DNA from: Pirellula staleyi DSM 6068
GTDB lineage: Bacteria; Planctomycetota; Planctomycetia; Pirellulales; Pirellulaceae
Length of the DNA: 32,000 nt
Direction of reading: 5' to 3'
Assembly: GCA_000025185.1 (NCBI GenBank)
Contig: CP001848.1
Location: forward strand, 900,001-932,000
Below, in pieces: positions 17,865 through 26,759 of this stretch. Position 1 is the stretch's first letter. Every line of letters begins with the position of its first letter. The position numbers and the translations under genes are program-made. Below the pieces are notes generated by a model. That model searched no databases and was not told the origin of the DNA. It worked only from the letters and a program-made list of their open reading frames with translations.

Positions 17865-19196
17865 CTACTCCGTCACGCTGATATTCGAAAGAATGGTCCA
17901 GCCATCAACGACCGGCAAATCATTGGCAAAACGAATGGCGGGACGGTCGGTCCAAGGATCACGAATCCCGAGGGCGAGCCGATAATTTCCGGGCAACAGA
18001 TCGAGATCGAGCATTGTGGTTTGCGAAAACTCACCAGGGAGCCATCTTCGCAGGTCCCACTTGGTTGGAAACGTTCGGACGACCTTTCCTGCTGGATCAA
18101 GTAGCGCCCACTCGACCGACCATGGGTAGTAGAACGGTGCTACCCCAAGATTCCTCCCTTGGATTTCTAGACGTACTGAATCTTTCGCCTTCCACTTCTC
18201 GGGATACTTCACTTCGGTGATTTGAAAATCGTATCCCATCTGGCGAACCAATGCTTCGCACCGCTCGAGATAGTTCTCGGCATTTGACGCCTTGAGAGCC
18301 GGGCCATAAGGCCCCACCCAGGTGAAATGCGAGCGCTCGAGCATCGTTTGCGTGGTTTCAAAATCGCCTCCCAGCCAGCGCTCTGCTTCGCCCGGCACCA
18401 TCTCCCCACCGACGACGGCGACTTTCCAGTTGTCCATTCGTTTCTCGCGTCGCAGTCCGGCCAAAAAACTCCAATCCTGGCCGTTGTCGACATCCTGAGG
18501 AAACATGTCGTCGTGAAACCCAATCCAATCTTGCGCGCCGGCATAGCCGCGGGCATAACGAACCATCAGGCACTTGTCAGGAAAGGCTTTGCGATAAGCG
18601 TCGATGACGCGCCGTTCGGTCTCAGCAGAAGCGTAGAGTTTGACTTGGGGGTAGGTGTGCCATTCTCCCCAAAAACCGAGTAACCCCAGCTGAATAAAGG
18701 CCACGCGAGGATGCTGGTTGTAGCGTTTTCCGAGGGCTGCAATCAGACGTTCGAGCCCCGCCACAACGCGCGGGTCGTCGTAGTCGGGCGATTTCCCACC
18801 TCCATGCTCTTGGTAGGCAGTCTCTTTCACCCCACGCTTACGAAGCCAATCCGGCAATCCCGAAGGCTTTGCGGGGTAATCGACATAGACCCGAAAGATG
18901 ACGTGCTTACCGGCGCCAGCTTGGTCGTCCCACGACTTTTCCCACGCCTCGAAACGAAAGTCATTTTCCACAGGCTCCAGCTCGCGCCACGAGATGTACT
19001 GAAACACCATCGAATAGGGCTGCTGAATCTTTCCAGCGTTGGTGTACGGACACCACCCCTTGAGTGGATTATCGAGCGCTCCCGCCATCGGCTGGGGGCG
19101 GATAACGACCTCCTCGGCCAAGGCCAGCTCCGCCAACAGCGCGAACGAGAGCAAGCCACAAAGAGCGCGGATCGCTATCCAACCTAACCGGTTCAT
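17865..19196 (-). CDS. Secreted DUF4832/DUF4874-type putative glycoside hydrolase
   Basis: ORF extends to 19250. The ATG at 19196 gives the signal peptide MNRLGWIAIRALCGLLSFALLAELALA (alternatives at 19205 and 19250). The body (PLKGWCPY..., SWRELEP, VDYP..PSGLPDWL, IQLGLLGFWGEWH) matches my memory of DUF4832-family TIM-barrel proteins. Confidence 0.75.
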   Translation of the reverse strand: MNRLGWIAIRALCGLLSFALLAELALAEEVVIRPQPMAGALDNPLKGWCPYTNAGKIQQPYSMVFQYISWRELEPVENDFRFEAWEKSWDDQAGAGKHVIFRVYVDYPAKPSGLPDWLRKRGVKETAYQEHGGGKSPDYDDPRVVAGLERLIAALGKRYNQHPRVAFIQLGLLGFWGEWHTYPQVKLYASAETERRVIDAYRKAFPDKCLMVRYARGYAGAQDWIGFHDDMFPQDVDNGQDWSFLAGLRREKRMDNWKVAVVGGEMVPGEAERWLGGDFETTQTMLERSHFTWVGPYGPALKASNAENYLERCEALVRQMGYDFQITEVKYPEKWKAKDSVRLEIQGRNLGVAPFYYPWSVEWALLDPAGKVVRTFPTKWDLRRWLPGEFSQTTMLDLDLLPGNYRLALGIRDPWTDRPAIRFANDLPVVDGWTILSNISVTE

Positions 19197-19279
19197 GGCT
19201 CGCATCCCTAGGGGGTCAATGATCGCAGCCGCGCACGAAAAAAGCCGCAAGTCTTGTGAGACTCACGGCTTTCGTTAAG

Positions 19280-19352
<73 letters not shown>

Positions 19353-19481
19353 GATTTTGTTGGCGACTCGGTGCAGCAGCGATTTTCCGGCTAAGGAAAA
19401 CAGAGCATGCAAAAGTCGTCTGGCCTGCGGTAGTTTATCGCGCCGGATACGTTTGGGACATATCCCACGCAGCCGAAGTTC

Positions 19482-19620
19482 GCCAGGAAGTCCGATCTCG
19501 CAAGGAGGCTGATCATTCAGCCACCAGGAAAATCGAACTGGGCCCGCAATCCTCGGCCGTAAGTCGTTGCAAGAGAAGTTTTTAGGACAGATAAGACGAT
19601 CGCCAGATCGACTTCCTGGC
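19482..19620. repeat. 139-bp element closed by a long-range inverted repeat (GCCAGGAAGTCCGATCT ... AGATCGACTTCCTGGC)
   Basis: Arms at 19482-19498 and 19605-19620 are complementary at 16 of 17 positions (one bulged C). The 106-nt interior contains a local hairpin GCTGA-TCAT-TCAGC (19508-19521) and a perfect AAGGAGG (19502-19508). It lies in the 513-nt ORF-free gap between tRNA-Ala and the flippase-like gene. Confidence 0.6.
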
Positions 19621-19865
19621 CCCAATTCCTCAGCTAGACTACTTTACTCATCGGCCTTGGTGGCCGACGGGCATTACCGTTACAACCAGAAGAACGTGAA
19701 ATTATCCGCAGTGACGTTTGTCGTCAAGGCACCGGCAGCGGTCCTTGAGGGCGTATTTTGGGGAAGCTGTTTTCGCCCAAGTGCACTGCTAGCATACGGT
19801 TACAGATTTCTCCAGCGATCAGCGCGATGGCCGGAGAGGTGTCGTAGTTCGGGAGCCTTTCTCCG

Positions 19866-20918
19866 TTGTCTGCTAAACGAATCCTGCTCTCGATCGTCAA
19901 GTACGGCATTCCTGTCGTGTTGCTCGGCACGCTGGGCTATTCCGCTGCGCAAGATCCCGAGTTCATTCGCCTGCTCGAAGGTCCCAAACGCTGGGAACTG
20001 CTGGCGGCAGCAGCCGTTGTCACGCTGGTGGCGGTGGCGGTGACCATCGTCCGCTGGCAAATCCTGGCGCAAGCCATCGGCCTGAGGCTCAGCCTGCGCG
20101 ATTCGCTCCGGATCGGCTTTTTGGGCTATCTCCTGAACCTGATGGCGTTTGGTCTAGTAGGTGGCGACGCTCTTAAGGCCACGTTCTTGTGTCAGCTCGA
20201 ACCTAAGCGAAAAACCGAAGCGGTGGCCAGCGTGCTGATCGATCGTGTGATCGGACTTTACGCCCTGCTGATGCTCGCCGCACTCGCCTCGCTGCTCATC
20301 GATTTCGAAGCGATCCATTTTCGCACAATCGAAGATGAACGCACGATCGGCACGCTGATCGTCGTGACACAAATCGGAGCCGCTGTCGCCACGCTGGGTC
20401 TGGTGCTGCTAATGATTCCTGGCCTCGCCGAAGCCAAGCTGTGGGATCGTTTGGGGCACTTGCCGGTAGTGGGAAAAGTTCTTGCCAAACTGATCGATGC
20501 CACGCGGATGTATCGCCGCCGATTCGATCAACTGGCGCTTGCGATTGTGATGAGCCTGGTGGTCCATTCGCTCTATGTGGCGATGGTCTACCTCGTAGCG
20601 CTCGGACTTGGCAGCACGCCACCCAGCATCGCGTCGCATTTTGTGATTGTGCCGATGTCGATGGTGGCCGGTGCACTTCCGATCGGCACGTTCGAAGCGG
20701 TGCTCGATACACTCTATCGCGGCATCTCGGCGGCAAGTGTTCCCGCGCGACAAGGGTTTCTCATCGCCCTCACGTTTCGCTGCATTCAGCTGGTCGTCGC
20801 AACGGTCGGCATTGGCTACTACCTGACGAGCAAAGGGGAGATGCAACAGCTGCTCGACGCCAGCGCCAAGAGCAAAGAAGAGCCGCCACTGGAGGGGCAG
20901 AGCACCGTCGCGTCGTAA
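19866..20918 (+). CDS. Lysylphosphatidylglycerol-synthase-TM / flippase-like (UPF0104) integral membrane protein
   Basis: 350-aa polytopic protein with a TTG start (no ATG in the N-terminal region). The segment RWQILAQAIGLRLSLRDSLRIGFLGYLLNLMAFGLVGGDALKA is typical of the LPG_synthase_TM family. Confidence 0.8.
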   Translation: MSAKRILLSIVKYGIPVVLLGTLGYSAAQDPEFIRLLEGPKRWELLAAAAVVTLVAVAVTIVRWQILAQAIGLRLSLRDSLRIGFLGYLLNLMAFGLVGGDALKATFLCQLEPKRKTEAVASVLIDRVIGLYALLMLAALASLLIDFEAIHFRTIEDERTIGTLIVVTQIGAAVATLGLVLLMIPGLAEAKLWDRLGHLPVVGKVLAKLIDATRMYRRRFDQLALAIVMSLVVHSLYVAMVYLVALGLGSTPPSIASHFVIVPMSMVAGALPIGTFEAVLDTLYRGISAASVPARQGFLIALTFRCIQLVVATVGIGYYLTSKGEMQQLLDASAKSKEEPPLEGQSTVAS

Positions 20919-20943
20919 GCTATGGCTTACAGCATGGCGATAG

Positions 20944-20988
20944 AAACAGCCGAATCTCCCTTGAAATATGGCTGTTTTGCAAAAAGCC
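20944..20988. terminator. Overlapping hairpins between convergent genes (candidate bidirectional terminator)
   Basis: AAACAGCC (20944-20951) pairs with GGCTGTTT (20970-20977). An imperfect palindrome GGCTGTTTTGCAAAAAGCC lies at 20970-20988. The region sits between the stops at 20918 (+) and 21005 (-). Confidence 0.35.
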
Positions 20989-21004
20989 AAGATTGCCCGA
21001 GCAG

Positions 21005-21904
21005 CTACTCGGCTGCTGCCTGCTTGATGCGGCCACCATCGTGGATCAATTTCGGAGCAGTCGCTTCGTCGAACGTTCCGCCACTGATCGTGGCTTCGCA
21101 GTAGCCTTCCACGCGGAGCTGCGATTCGCCGTTGCCTTGCGCCTCGCAGCTGACCACACGCACCCGCGAACTACCTGCCACCACAATCCCAGCGCGACCA
21201 TTGTCGTTGGCGGCGATACCCATCAGATCGACATTGGAGCAGAGGTCGTGCGCGTTCACTCCATCGAGCTGAAAACCGCGCACCACCAGATCGCTGATCA
21301 CCACGTTTCGCACATCGTAGAGCGTGATCCCCACAGGCCACTTCCCCGCGCGCAAATCGTAGCTCGAAGGCAATTTTCCTTCTTCCACGCGGAACAGCAG
21401 TTTGCCTTGCAGCAGCGTCCATTCCAGCGGCTTCAGATCACGAAGAGCGGCGAGATTCGAGTGACGCACCAAGCGCACATCGCCGAGCGAAAGTTGCTGA
21501 TAGCTGCGCCTGGTGAGTTCGATTGAAAAGATATCGCCAGTTTCAAATTCCCACCGGCCATTCATCACCGATTCACTACCGTCGAGCACGGCACCATTGC
21601 CAATGATTTGGAATTTCTGCTCGCTCGTTCCGCTATTTTTTCCACCTTGCAGCGTGATCGATTCGCGGTAGGGCTCGCCCGTGTTCTTGATAATGATCCG
21701 GTCGGCGGGACCTGCCATGTAAAGAGCGCGAGCGATGCTGCGGCACGGTCCAGATGCCAGTCCGCGTGAATCTTCGGAAGCACCGTTGCGATGGTCGTCT
21801 CCCGCTAGGTTGTCGACATAAACGTCGCGAGCTGCAAGGTCGAGCGAACCGGCGAGCAAGGCACCAGCGGCGAAAATCCCCCAGAACCAGTTTTTGCAGC
21901 GCAT
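21005..21904 (-). CDS. Secreted right-handed parallel beta-helix repeat protein
   Basis: ORF extends to 22192. The ATG at 21904 gives MRCKNWFWGIFAAGALLAGSLDLAA, a signal peptide (alternative start 21916). DVYVDNLAGDDHRNGAS...GPCRSIARAL plus repeated G..V.....N.I motifs are typical of pectate-lyase-fold proteins. Confidence 0.78.
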   Translation of the reverse strand: MRCKNWFWGIFAAGALLAGSLDLAARDVYVDNLAGDDHRNGASEDSRGLASGPCRSIARALYMAGPADRIIIKNTGEPYRESITLQGGKNSGTSEQKFQIIGNGAVLDGSESVMNGRWEFETGDIFSIELTRRSYQQLSLGDVRLVRHSNLAALRDLKPLEWTLLQGKLLFRVEEGKLPSSYDLRAGKWPVGITLYDVRNVVISDLVVRGFQLDGVNAHDLCSNVDLMGIAANDNGRAGIVVAGSSRVRVVSCEAQGNGESQLRVEGYCEATISGGTFDEATAPKLIHDGGRIKQAAAE

Positions 21905-22270
21905 GATCGTCACCATTCTCCAACTCGGGCGTGCTTTGTAGCAGACTATCTCTCTTCGACTGATCATCGGCCGACGAGAGCCAAGCAGCGCTGCGCGGAG
22001 CGTGAATTGCCTGATATAAGGCGTCGGTAAAACAATCCGCTGAAACGGTTTAGAGCGCGGCGCTCGCCCGACAACCAAGCGCGGCGCACCAAGGCTGAGG
22101 AAACGGACGCGAAATCGCTGTTGGTAAATATGAAGGAGGCTCATTCTAAGTGTGAATTTTACCACTTCTTCAGGGTGCGCTGATTGCGACACGCCCTCTC
22201 ACACCCGAAACTACGACTTACATCCTCTCCACATTGTCCCATCTTCCGCTTCTGCTGCGAGACTCGCTCC

Positions 22271-22699
22271 ATGATCACCTTTTCATCGCTCCGCCCTGCT
22301 CTGCTGTTCACAATCGCCACGCTGCTGTGTGGATGGGCCGTTCCTGTCGGCGCTGAGGAAGAGCCAGCAGTCATCACCCCTGCTGAAGCTCGCGCTAACA
22401 TCGACAAAGAGGCCACTGTCGAGTTTGAAGTGAAGTCGACCAAGGACCTGCTCGAAACGCGCGGCGCTGTGTACCTCGATAGCGAATCGAACTTCCGCGA
22501 TCCGAAGAATTTTGCCGTCTCGATCAAGAAATCAGCCGCCGCCGAACTGAAAGAAAAAATGATCGACGACCCAGCAGCCTACTACAAAGGGAAGAAGATT
22601 CGCGTACAAGGAACCATCAAAGATGTCGGTGGTGTGCCACGCATCGAAGTCACCAAAGCGAGCCAAATCACCCTCGTCGAACCAGCCACTGCGGAATAG
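22271..22699 (+). CDS. Small secreted protein (142 aa), possibly OB-fold-like
   Basis: ORF starts at 22184. The ATG at 22271 gives the signal peptide MITFSSLRPALLFTIATLLCGWAVPVGA. The pattern KEATVEFEV...GAVYLDS...FAVSI...GKKIRVQGTIKDVGGVPRIEV resembles bacterial OB-fold modules (weak). Confidence 0.65.
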   Translation: MITFSSLRPALLFTIATLLCGWAVPVGAEEEPAVITPAEARANIDKEATVEFEVKSTKDLLETRGAVYLDSESNFRDPKNFAVSIKKSAAAELKEKMIDDPAAYYKGKKIRVQGTIKDVGGVPRIEVTKASQITLVEPATAE

Positions 22700-22767
22700 T
22701 GAATTCATATAATTCACACCCAGCGCTCAGTAACTTCTTGCCGTCATCTCACCATTGCTTGTCGATC

Positions 22768-22796
22768 GGAGTCGCTGCAAACGGTGCAGCAACTCC
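22768..22796. terminator. Strong hairpin GGAGTCGCTGCA-AACGG-TGCAGCAACTCC between convergent genes
   Basis: 11 of 12 bp pair in the stem, with a 5-nt loop, followed by TCTCTC on the + strand. It lies between the stops at 22699 (+) and 22829 (-). Confidence 0.45.
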
Positions 22797-22828
22797 TCTC
22801 TCGAATCGCCTTACGTGAGCGCAAGTAG

Positions 22829-24199
22829 CTAAGGGGCGACTTCGTAGGCGGAGAGGCTGGTTTGGGGGCGGCTGCTGTGGGTGCGGATGAAAAGCGTGCC
22901 GCGCGCGAGTGCGGGAAGTGGCCGAGTTCCTTCGGTGGCTCGACCCGACGCCATCACGGCGATTTCCTGAGGCTCTGCGGGGGGCGATCCTTTGGGGGCG
23001 AGCAGATCGACCGCCGATAGCAGCGTGAACTTCTCGGGGGTCGCTTGGACCAGCAGCAGTCGGCCATCGGCGGTGAGGAAGAGGAGTTTATCGTCCGCGC
23101 GAATGACATGAGCGATACCAAAATTGGCCTGTTTCCAGCGGACCTTTCCGGTGGCCAGATCTACACATCTCAGCTCGCCAGCAGCTCCATCTTCGCGGCC
23201 ATGCGTGCCGTAGAGAAAGCCGTCGAAATGAACCGGTGTTGCGTACTGGCTCGACAAAACGTCGTCCGCTTCCCAAAGTGGCTTTGCTTCCACCGCGCCA
23301 CTGCTTGTGACGCTCAGCTTCAGCAGCTTCGCTCCAATTCCATAACTGGCTGTTAGGAACAGCTGATCCTTGATGACGAGCGGCATCGCGGCATTGACGG
23401 TTGGTCCCGAGCGCCCGAACTCGGTGATGTTTTGATACTTTCCGCTGGCTGGATCGACGAGCACGGTGTCGAGGCGCGTGACAAAGATCACTTGCGGTTT
23501 TTGCTGCACCTGCCAAGTGATCGGCGAGGCATAGCTGGCTTCAAAGCTCGAGGTTTTGTAGCGAATAACCCCGGTTTTCAGCTCTAGTCCGACAATCCCT
23601 GCATTCCTGGCACCGACGTTCACAAGCACCGTGTCTCCCACGACAATCGGCGTGCTTCCCGCGCCGAAATAACCCTCGTCGGCTCCCAGATCGGCAAACA
23701 GACTTTGTGACCAAAGTTTCTTGCCGGTATCGAGACTCACGGCATACAAATCGCCAGCGGCTCCAAGTGCCACGACCATGTTGCCACTGATTACCGGGAC
23801 ACAGCGTGGCCCCAGATCGCTATCGATGCCGCCACGATAGTTGGCCTCGAAATCGGCTTTCCAAAGCGAGTTGCCGGTGGCGAAATCCAGTGCTTCGATG
23901 CGCTCGACTCCTTCGACACGATGAAAAGCGATGACACGATTGGCTTGCACGCTCACACCGGCGTAGCCACTACCCAGGGGCTTGGTCCAGCGTGCTTTGG
24001 GCCCAGCGGCGGGCCAGCGATCGGCCAGCTTTTCGTCGACCCCGACACCATCTCGATTCGGTCCCAAAATGCCAGGCCAATCCCCTCCCTGTGCTATCTC
24101 GGCCGACAGCAGCGCGGCCAGGAGTACCACCAGCCGAGGAAACTTGTCAGTGCAAAGTGATGCCAGGGGCTGGAGAATCGTAGTGAGGGCTCGGTGCAT
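22829..24199 (-). CDS. PQQ-like / BamB-like beta-propeller repeat protein (secreted)
   Basis: 456 aa with an N-terminal hydrophobic signal, then GDWPGILGPNRDG. Repeated ...G..LW......G......V..G.V.. blades are typical of PQQ-type propellers. Confidence 0.82.
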   Translation of the reverse strand: MHRALTTILQPLASLCTDKFPRLVVLLAALLSAEIAQGGDWPGILGPNRDGVGVDEKLADRWPAAGPKARWTKPLGSGYAGVSVQANRVIAFHRVEGVERIEALDFATGNSLWKADFEANYRGGIDSDLGPRCVPVISGNMVVALGAAGDLYAVSLDTGKKLWSQSLFADLGADEGYFGAGSTPIVVGDTVLVNVGARNAGIVGLELKTGVIRYKTSSFEASYASPITWQVQQKPQVIFVTRLDTVLVDPASGKYQNITEFGRSGPTVNAAMPLVIKDQLFLTASYGIGAKLLKLSVTSSGAVEAKPLWEADDVLSSQYATPVHFDGFLYGTHGREDGAAGELRCVDLATGKVRWKQANFGIAHVIRADDKLLFLTADGRLLLVQATPEKFTLLSAVDLLAPKGSPPAEPQEIAVMASGRATEGTRPLPALARGTLFIRTHSSRPQTSLSAYEVAP

Positions 24200-24317
24200 C
24201 GGATCGATTCTTTCCGGCGGAAGAGTGGGCTGAGTGGCGTGTCGGCTGCCGCAGTGTAGCGTCTAGGTGCGGCCGATTCCCCCTAGGGAACCGCCTGGTC
24301 AAGTAGAAAAAGGGAGT

Positions 24318-24346
24318 TTGTCAAAAGGGGGATTTTCTCTTAGTAT
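24318..24346 (+). promoter_or_regulatory. Sigma70-like promoter TTGTCA-17 nt-TAGTAT upstream of the 24470 gene cluster
   Basis: -35 at 24318-24323 and -10 at 24341-24346. The -10 is embedded in a small palindrome AGTAT-AAGA-ATACT (24342-24355). It would give a leader of about 115 nt. Confidence 0.45.
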
Positions 24347-24469
24347 AAGAATACTGCCCGAAGTAGCGACCAAGGCCATTTCGAGCGCACTTCGGCACCA
24401 CCGGCAGACCGACATCGTTCAGCCGTAAATCCATTCCATACTGGCACTTAGATCGGGAGTTCGACGCGC

Positions 24470-25609
24470 GTGGCGAGACGGTTTCGACTCTTCGAGAAAA
24501 AGCGTGGCGACCGCCGCACCGGATCCAATCTGGTGGGGAGCGTGAGCGAAGCGCTCTTCTTCAGCGGAATTTTTCTGCTGGGGGTTCTCTCGCTGTCGGC
24601 ACTGCTAGCCACCAAGTTCATCGACGAGTCCCCCTTCGTCACGGTTCGAATCCCGACGCCAGGTTTTGGCTTTTGGCTGATGATTTTGGTCCTCACGTCG
24701 TTTGTGATTCTTGGTGCCAGTGGACTGATTTGGACCGTCCTGCGGATTGGTGTTTCAGCCGAACGACGCAGCGCTATGGCACGGTCGGCCGAGGGAATTA
24801 ATCCGCTCGAAGATGTCGCTCCACGCCATCGCGATTTCCCCACCGTTCCGCCCCACGATGGTCTCACGAATAGCCCCGGCATCGAACTCGCCTATCGTCT
24901 CCCCCCTTCGCAATCCCCGGGCTGGCGATTACTGGCCACCACTCTCTTTGCGCTTGCGGCGACCGGCGTCGGTTCGATACTGACCGTTTTGGCGGTGAAG
25001 AGCTTTGTCGACCACAAACCGGAGTGGCTGTTATCGCTGTTCTTGCTCCCATTCTGGGGCGTGGCAGGTGGCAGTCTCTACTTCCTGATTCGACTCATTC
25101 GCATCCACACCGGCATGGGACCCACGACGATCGAGATCTCCGATCATCCGCTGATCCCTGGCCGCGAGTATCAGGTTTCCCTTTCGCAGCATGGTCACAT
25201 CGACGTTCGTAAACTGCAGCTAGTGCTGCGATGCGAAGAAGATGTCACCTATCGCCAAGGGACCGATTTGCGCAGCGAATCGCGCGTGGTTCACGAACAC
25301 ACCCTGCTGGTGGCCGAGAACATCAAGATCGTGCCTTCCGAGGCGTATCAACAAACGTGCTTGCTCGCGATTCCGAGCGACGCCATGCATTCCTTCGAGT
25401 CCCCTCACGCCGCTGTCCATTGGCGGTTGGTGGTCAAAGGACTTGTGGAAGGTTGGCCACCGTTTCAGCGCGGCTTTGCGATTGTCGTGCACCCCGGAGA
25501 AGCAACGCAGCGTGCCGAGCAGCAGTTGCAACAAGAGCCTCTTTCGCTGATGGTCCCAGCCTCGGTTTCGGCTGCACCACTCCCTTCGACTGCGGGAGCA
25601 CGTGCCTGA
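24470..25609 (+). CDS. Four-TM membrane protein with a C-terminal arrestin-like beta-sandwich domain
   Basis: GTG start, with GGGAG 10 nt upstream. Four hydrophobic helices (ALFFSGIFLLGVLSLSALLA; FGFWLMILVLTSFVILGASGLIW; LLATTLFALAATGVGSILTVLAV; LLSLFLLPFWGVAGGSLYFLI). A ~140-aa soluble tail ends IPSDAMHSFESPHAAVHWRLVVKG. Confidence 0.75.
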   Translation: MARRFRLFEKKRGDRRTGSNLVGSVSEALFFSGIFLLGVLSLSALLATKFIDESPFVTVRIPTPGFGFWLMILVLTSFVILGASGLIWTVLRIGVSAERRSAMARSAEGINPLEDVAPRHRDFPTVPPHDGLTNSPGIELAYRLPPSQSPGWRLLATTLFALAATGVGSILTVLAVKSFVDHKPEWLLSLFLLPFWGVAGGSLYFLIRLIRIHTGMGPTTIEISDHPLIPGREYQVSLSQHGHIDVRKLQLVLRCEEDVTYRQGTDLRSESRVVHEHTLLVAENIKIVPSEAYQQTCLLAIPSDAMHSFESPHAAVHWRLVVKGLVEGWPPFQRGFAIVVHPGEATQRAEQQLQQEPLSLMVPASVSAAPLPSTAGARA

Positions 25610-26007
25610 TGGACCCTCTCCTCAGTCTCTGCCTGGGTGGAGGCCGCAAACAGTACGCATCGGGGGACGAACTTGTCGTCGAGTATCAGATCGACGTCGT
25701 CGAACCTTCGGAAATCCAGGCGGTCGAAGCCTCCGTCTTGTGGTTCACCGAAGGAAAAGGGGAAGAAGATTTGGGAGTCCACTTCTTCGAGCGCCGGCTT
25801 CCTGCTGATGCTGAAGAAAGTGACCTGCGTCCCCTGCGCCGCTTCAAGACACGACTCCCCAACAGCCCGCTGAGTTACAACGGCGCCATCTTCTCGATTC
25901 GCTGGTGCGTTCGCCTGCGTCTGTTCCTCAAACGAGGGCGCGAGTTTGTTCTGGAGCAACCATTTACACTCGGTTCAGTTCCAGCTGTCGCGACTCCTTC
26001 GAAGTGA
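25609..26007 (+). CDS. Small soluble arrestin-like beta-sandwich protein (132 aa), paralogous to the tail of the upstream gene
   Basis: Its ATG shares one nucleotide with the upstream TGA (cTGATGg at 25607-25611). GGGAGC lies 9 nt upstream. The motif LPNSPLSYNGAIFSIRWCVRLRLF parallels IPSDAMHSFESPHAAVHWRLVVKG in the upstream protein. Confidence 0.7.
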   Translation: MDPLLSLCLGGGRKQYASGDELVVEYQIDVVEPSEIQAVEASVLWFTEGKGEEDLGVHFFERRLPADAEESDLRPLRRFKTRLPNSPLSYNGAIFSIRWCVRLRLFLKRGREFVLEQPFTLGSVPAVATPSK

Positions 26008-26102
26008 CCTCGCAGCTGCGGTCGACCCACTAGAATCGCGGTTTTCCGCCAGGAAATCGTGGTTTATTGCCCGGCAACTTGGCTCACGCTCGATCGATTT
26101 CT

Positions 26103-26711
26103 ATGAACGATCCATCGATCAATCCGTTCGCCACACGCTACACGCGCCCCGGTGAATTGCCTTACCTGCTGCCCGATGGACTCACGATCGCAAAGCTCGT
26201 CGATCGTCTCAAGCAGCAGCACTGGCGCGGCGCAATCGTCGGGCCCCATGGGAGCGGCAAATCATCGCTGCTGGCAGCTTGTCGTGAAGAGTTCCTGAAA
26301 AGAGAGCGAATACTTTCCGAGTATTCACTTCACAATCACGAAAGAACTTTGGCAAACTTATTTACAAATGCACGATCGTGGAACGATCGAACTTTAGTGA
26401 TCGTCGATGGGTACGAACAGCTCAGCTGGCGCTCGACATTGCAGCTCGCGTTTCTCGTACGTATCCGGCGGGCGGGATTGGTGGTCACGGTACATGCCCC
26501 GACGAACCTGCCCACTTGGTACGAAACAGTTCCGAGCGCCGAGCTCGCCGAACAAGTTGCGAAACTGGCCATCCATCGCGCACTCGTTGACCCGCAAGCG
26601 ACGCAAGAAAAACTCGATCGCGAAACGATCCATGCTGCCTACCACGGCGACGGCAACATTCGCGAAACCCTCTTCCGGCTCTACGACATCTGGCGGGCTA
26701 AGCAGTCGTAA
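26103..26711 (+). CDS. Compact AAA+-like P-loop ATPase (202 aa)
   Basis: Walker A GPHGSGKSS, Walker B LVIVDGYEQ, sensor-1-like VTVHAPTN, and a sensor-2-like arginine in GDGNIRETL. It lies 95 nt downstream of the previous gene on the same strand. The ORF can extend to a TTG at 26067. Confidence 0.75.
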   Translation: MNDPSINPFATRYTRPGELPYLLPDGLTIAKLVDRLKQQHWRGAIVGPHGSGKSSLLAACREEFLKRERILSEYSLHNHERTLANLFTNARSWNDRTLVIVDGYEQLSWRSTLQLAFLVRIRRAGLVVTVHAPTNLPTWYETVPSAELAEQVAKLAIHRALVDPQATQEKLDRETIHAAYHGDGNIRETLFRLYDIWRAKQS

Positions 26712-26759
26712 TGCTTGTCGTGAAGCATTCGGCGATGGTGCTCGCTGCATGGTCGAGCG

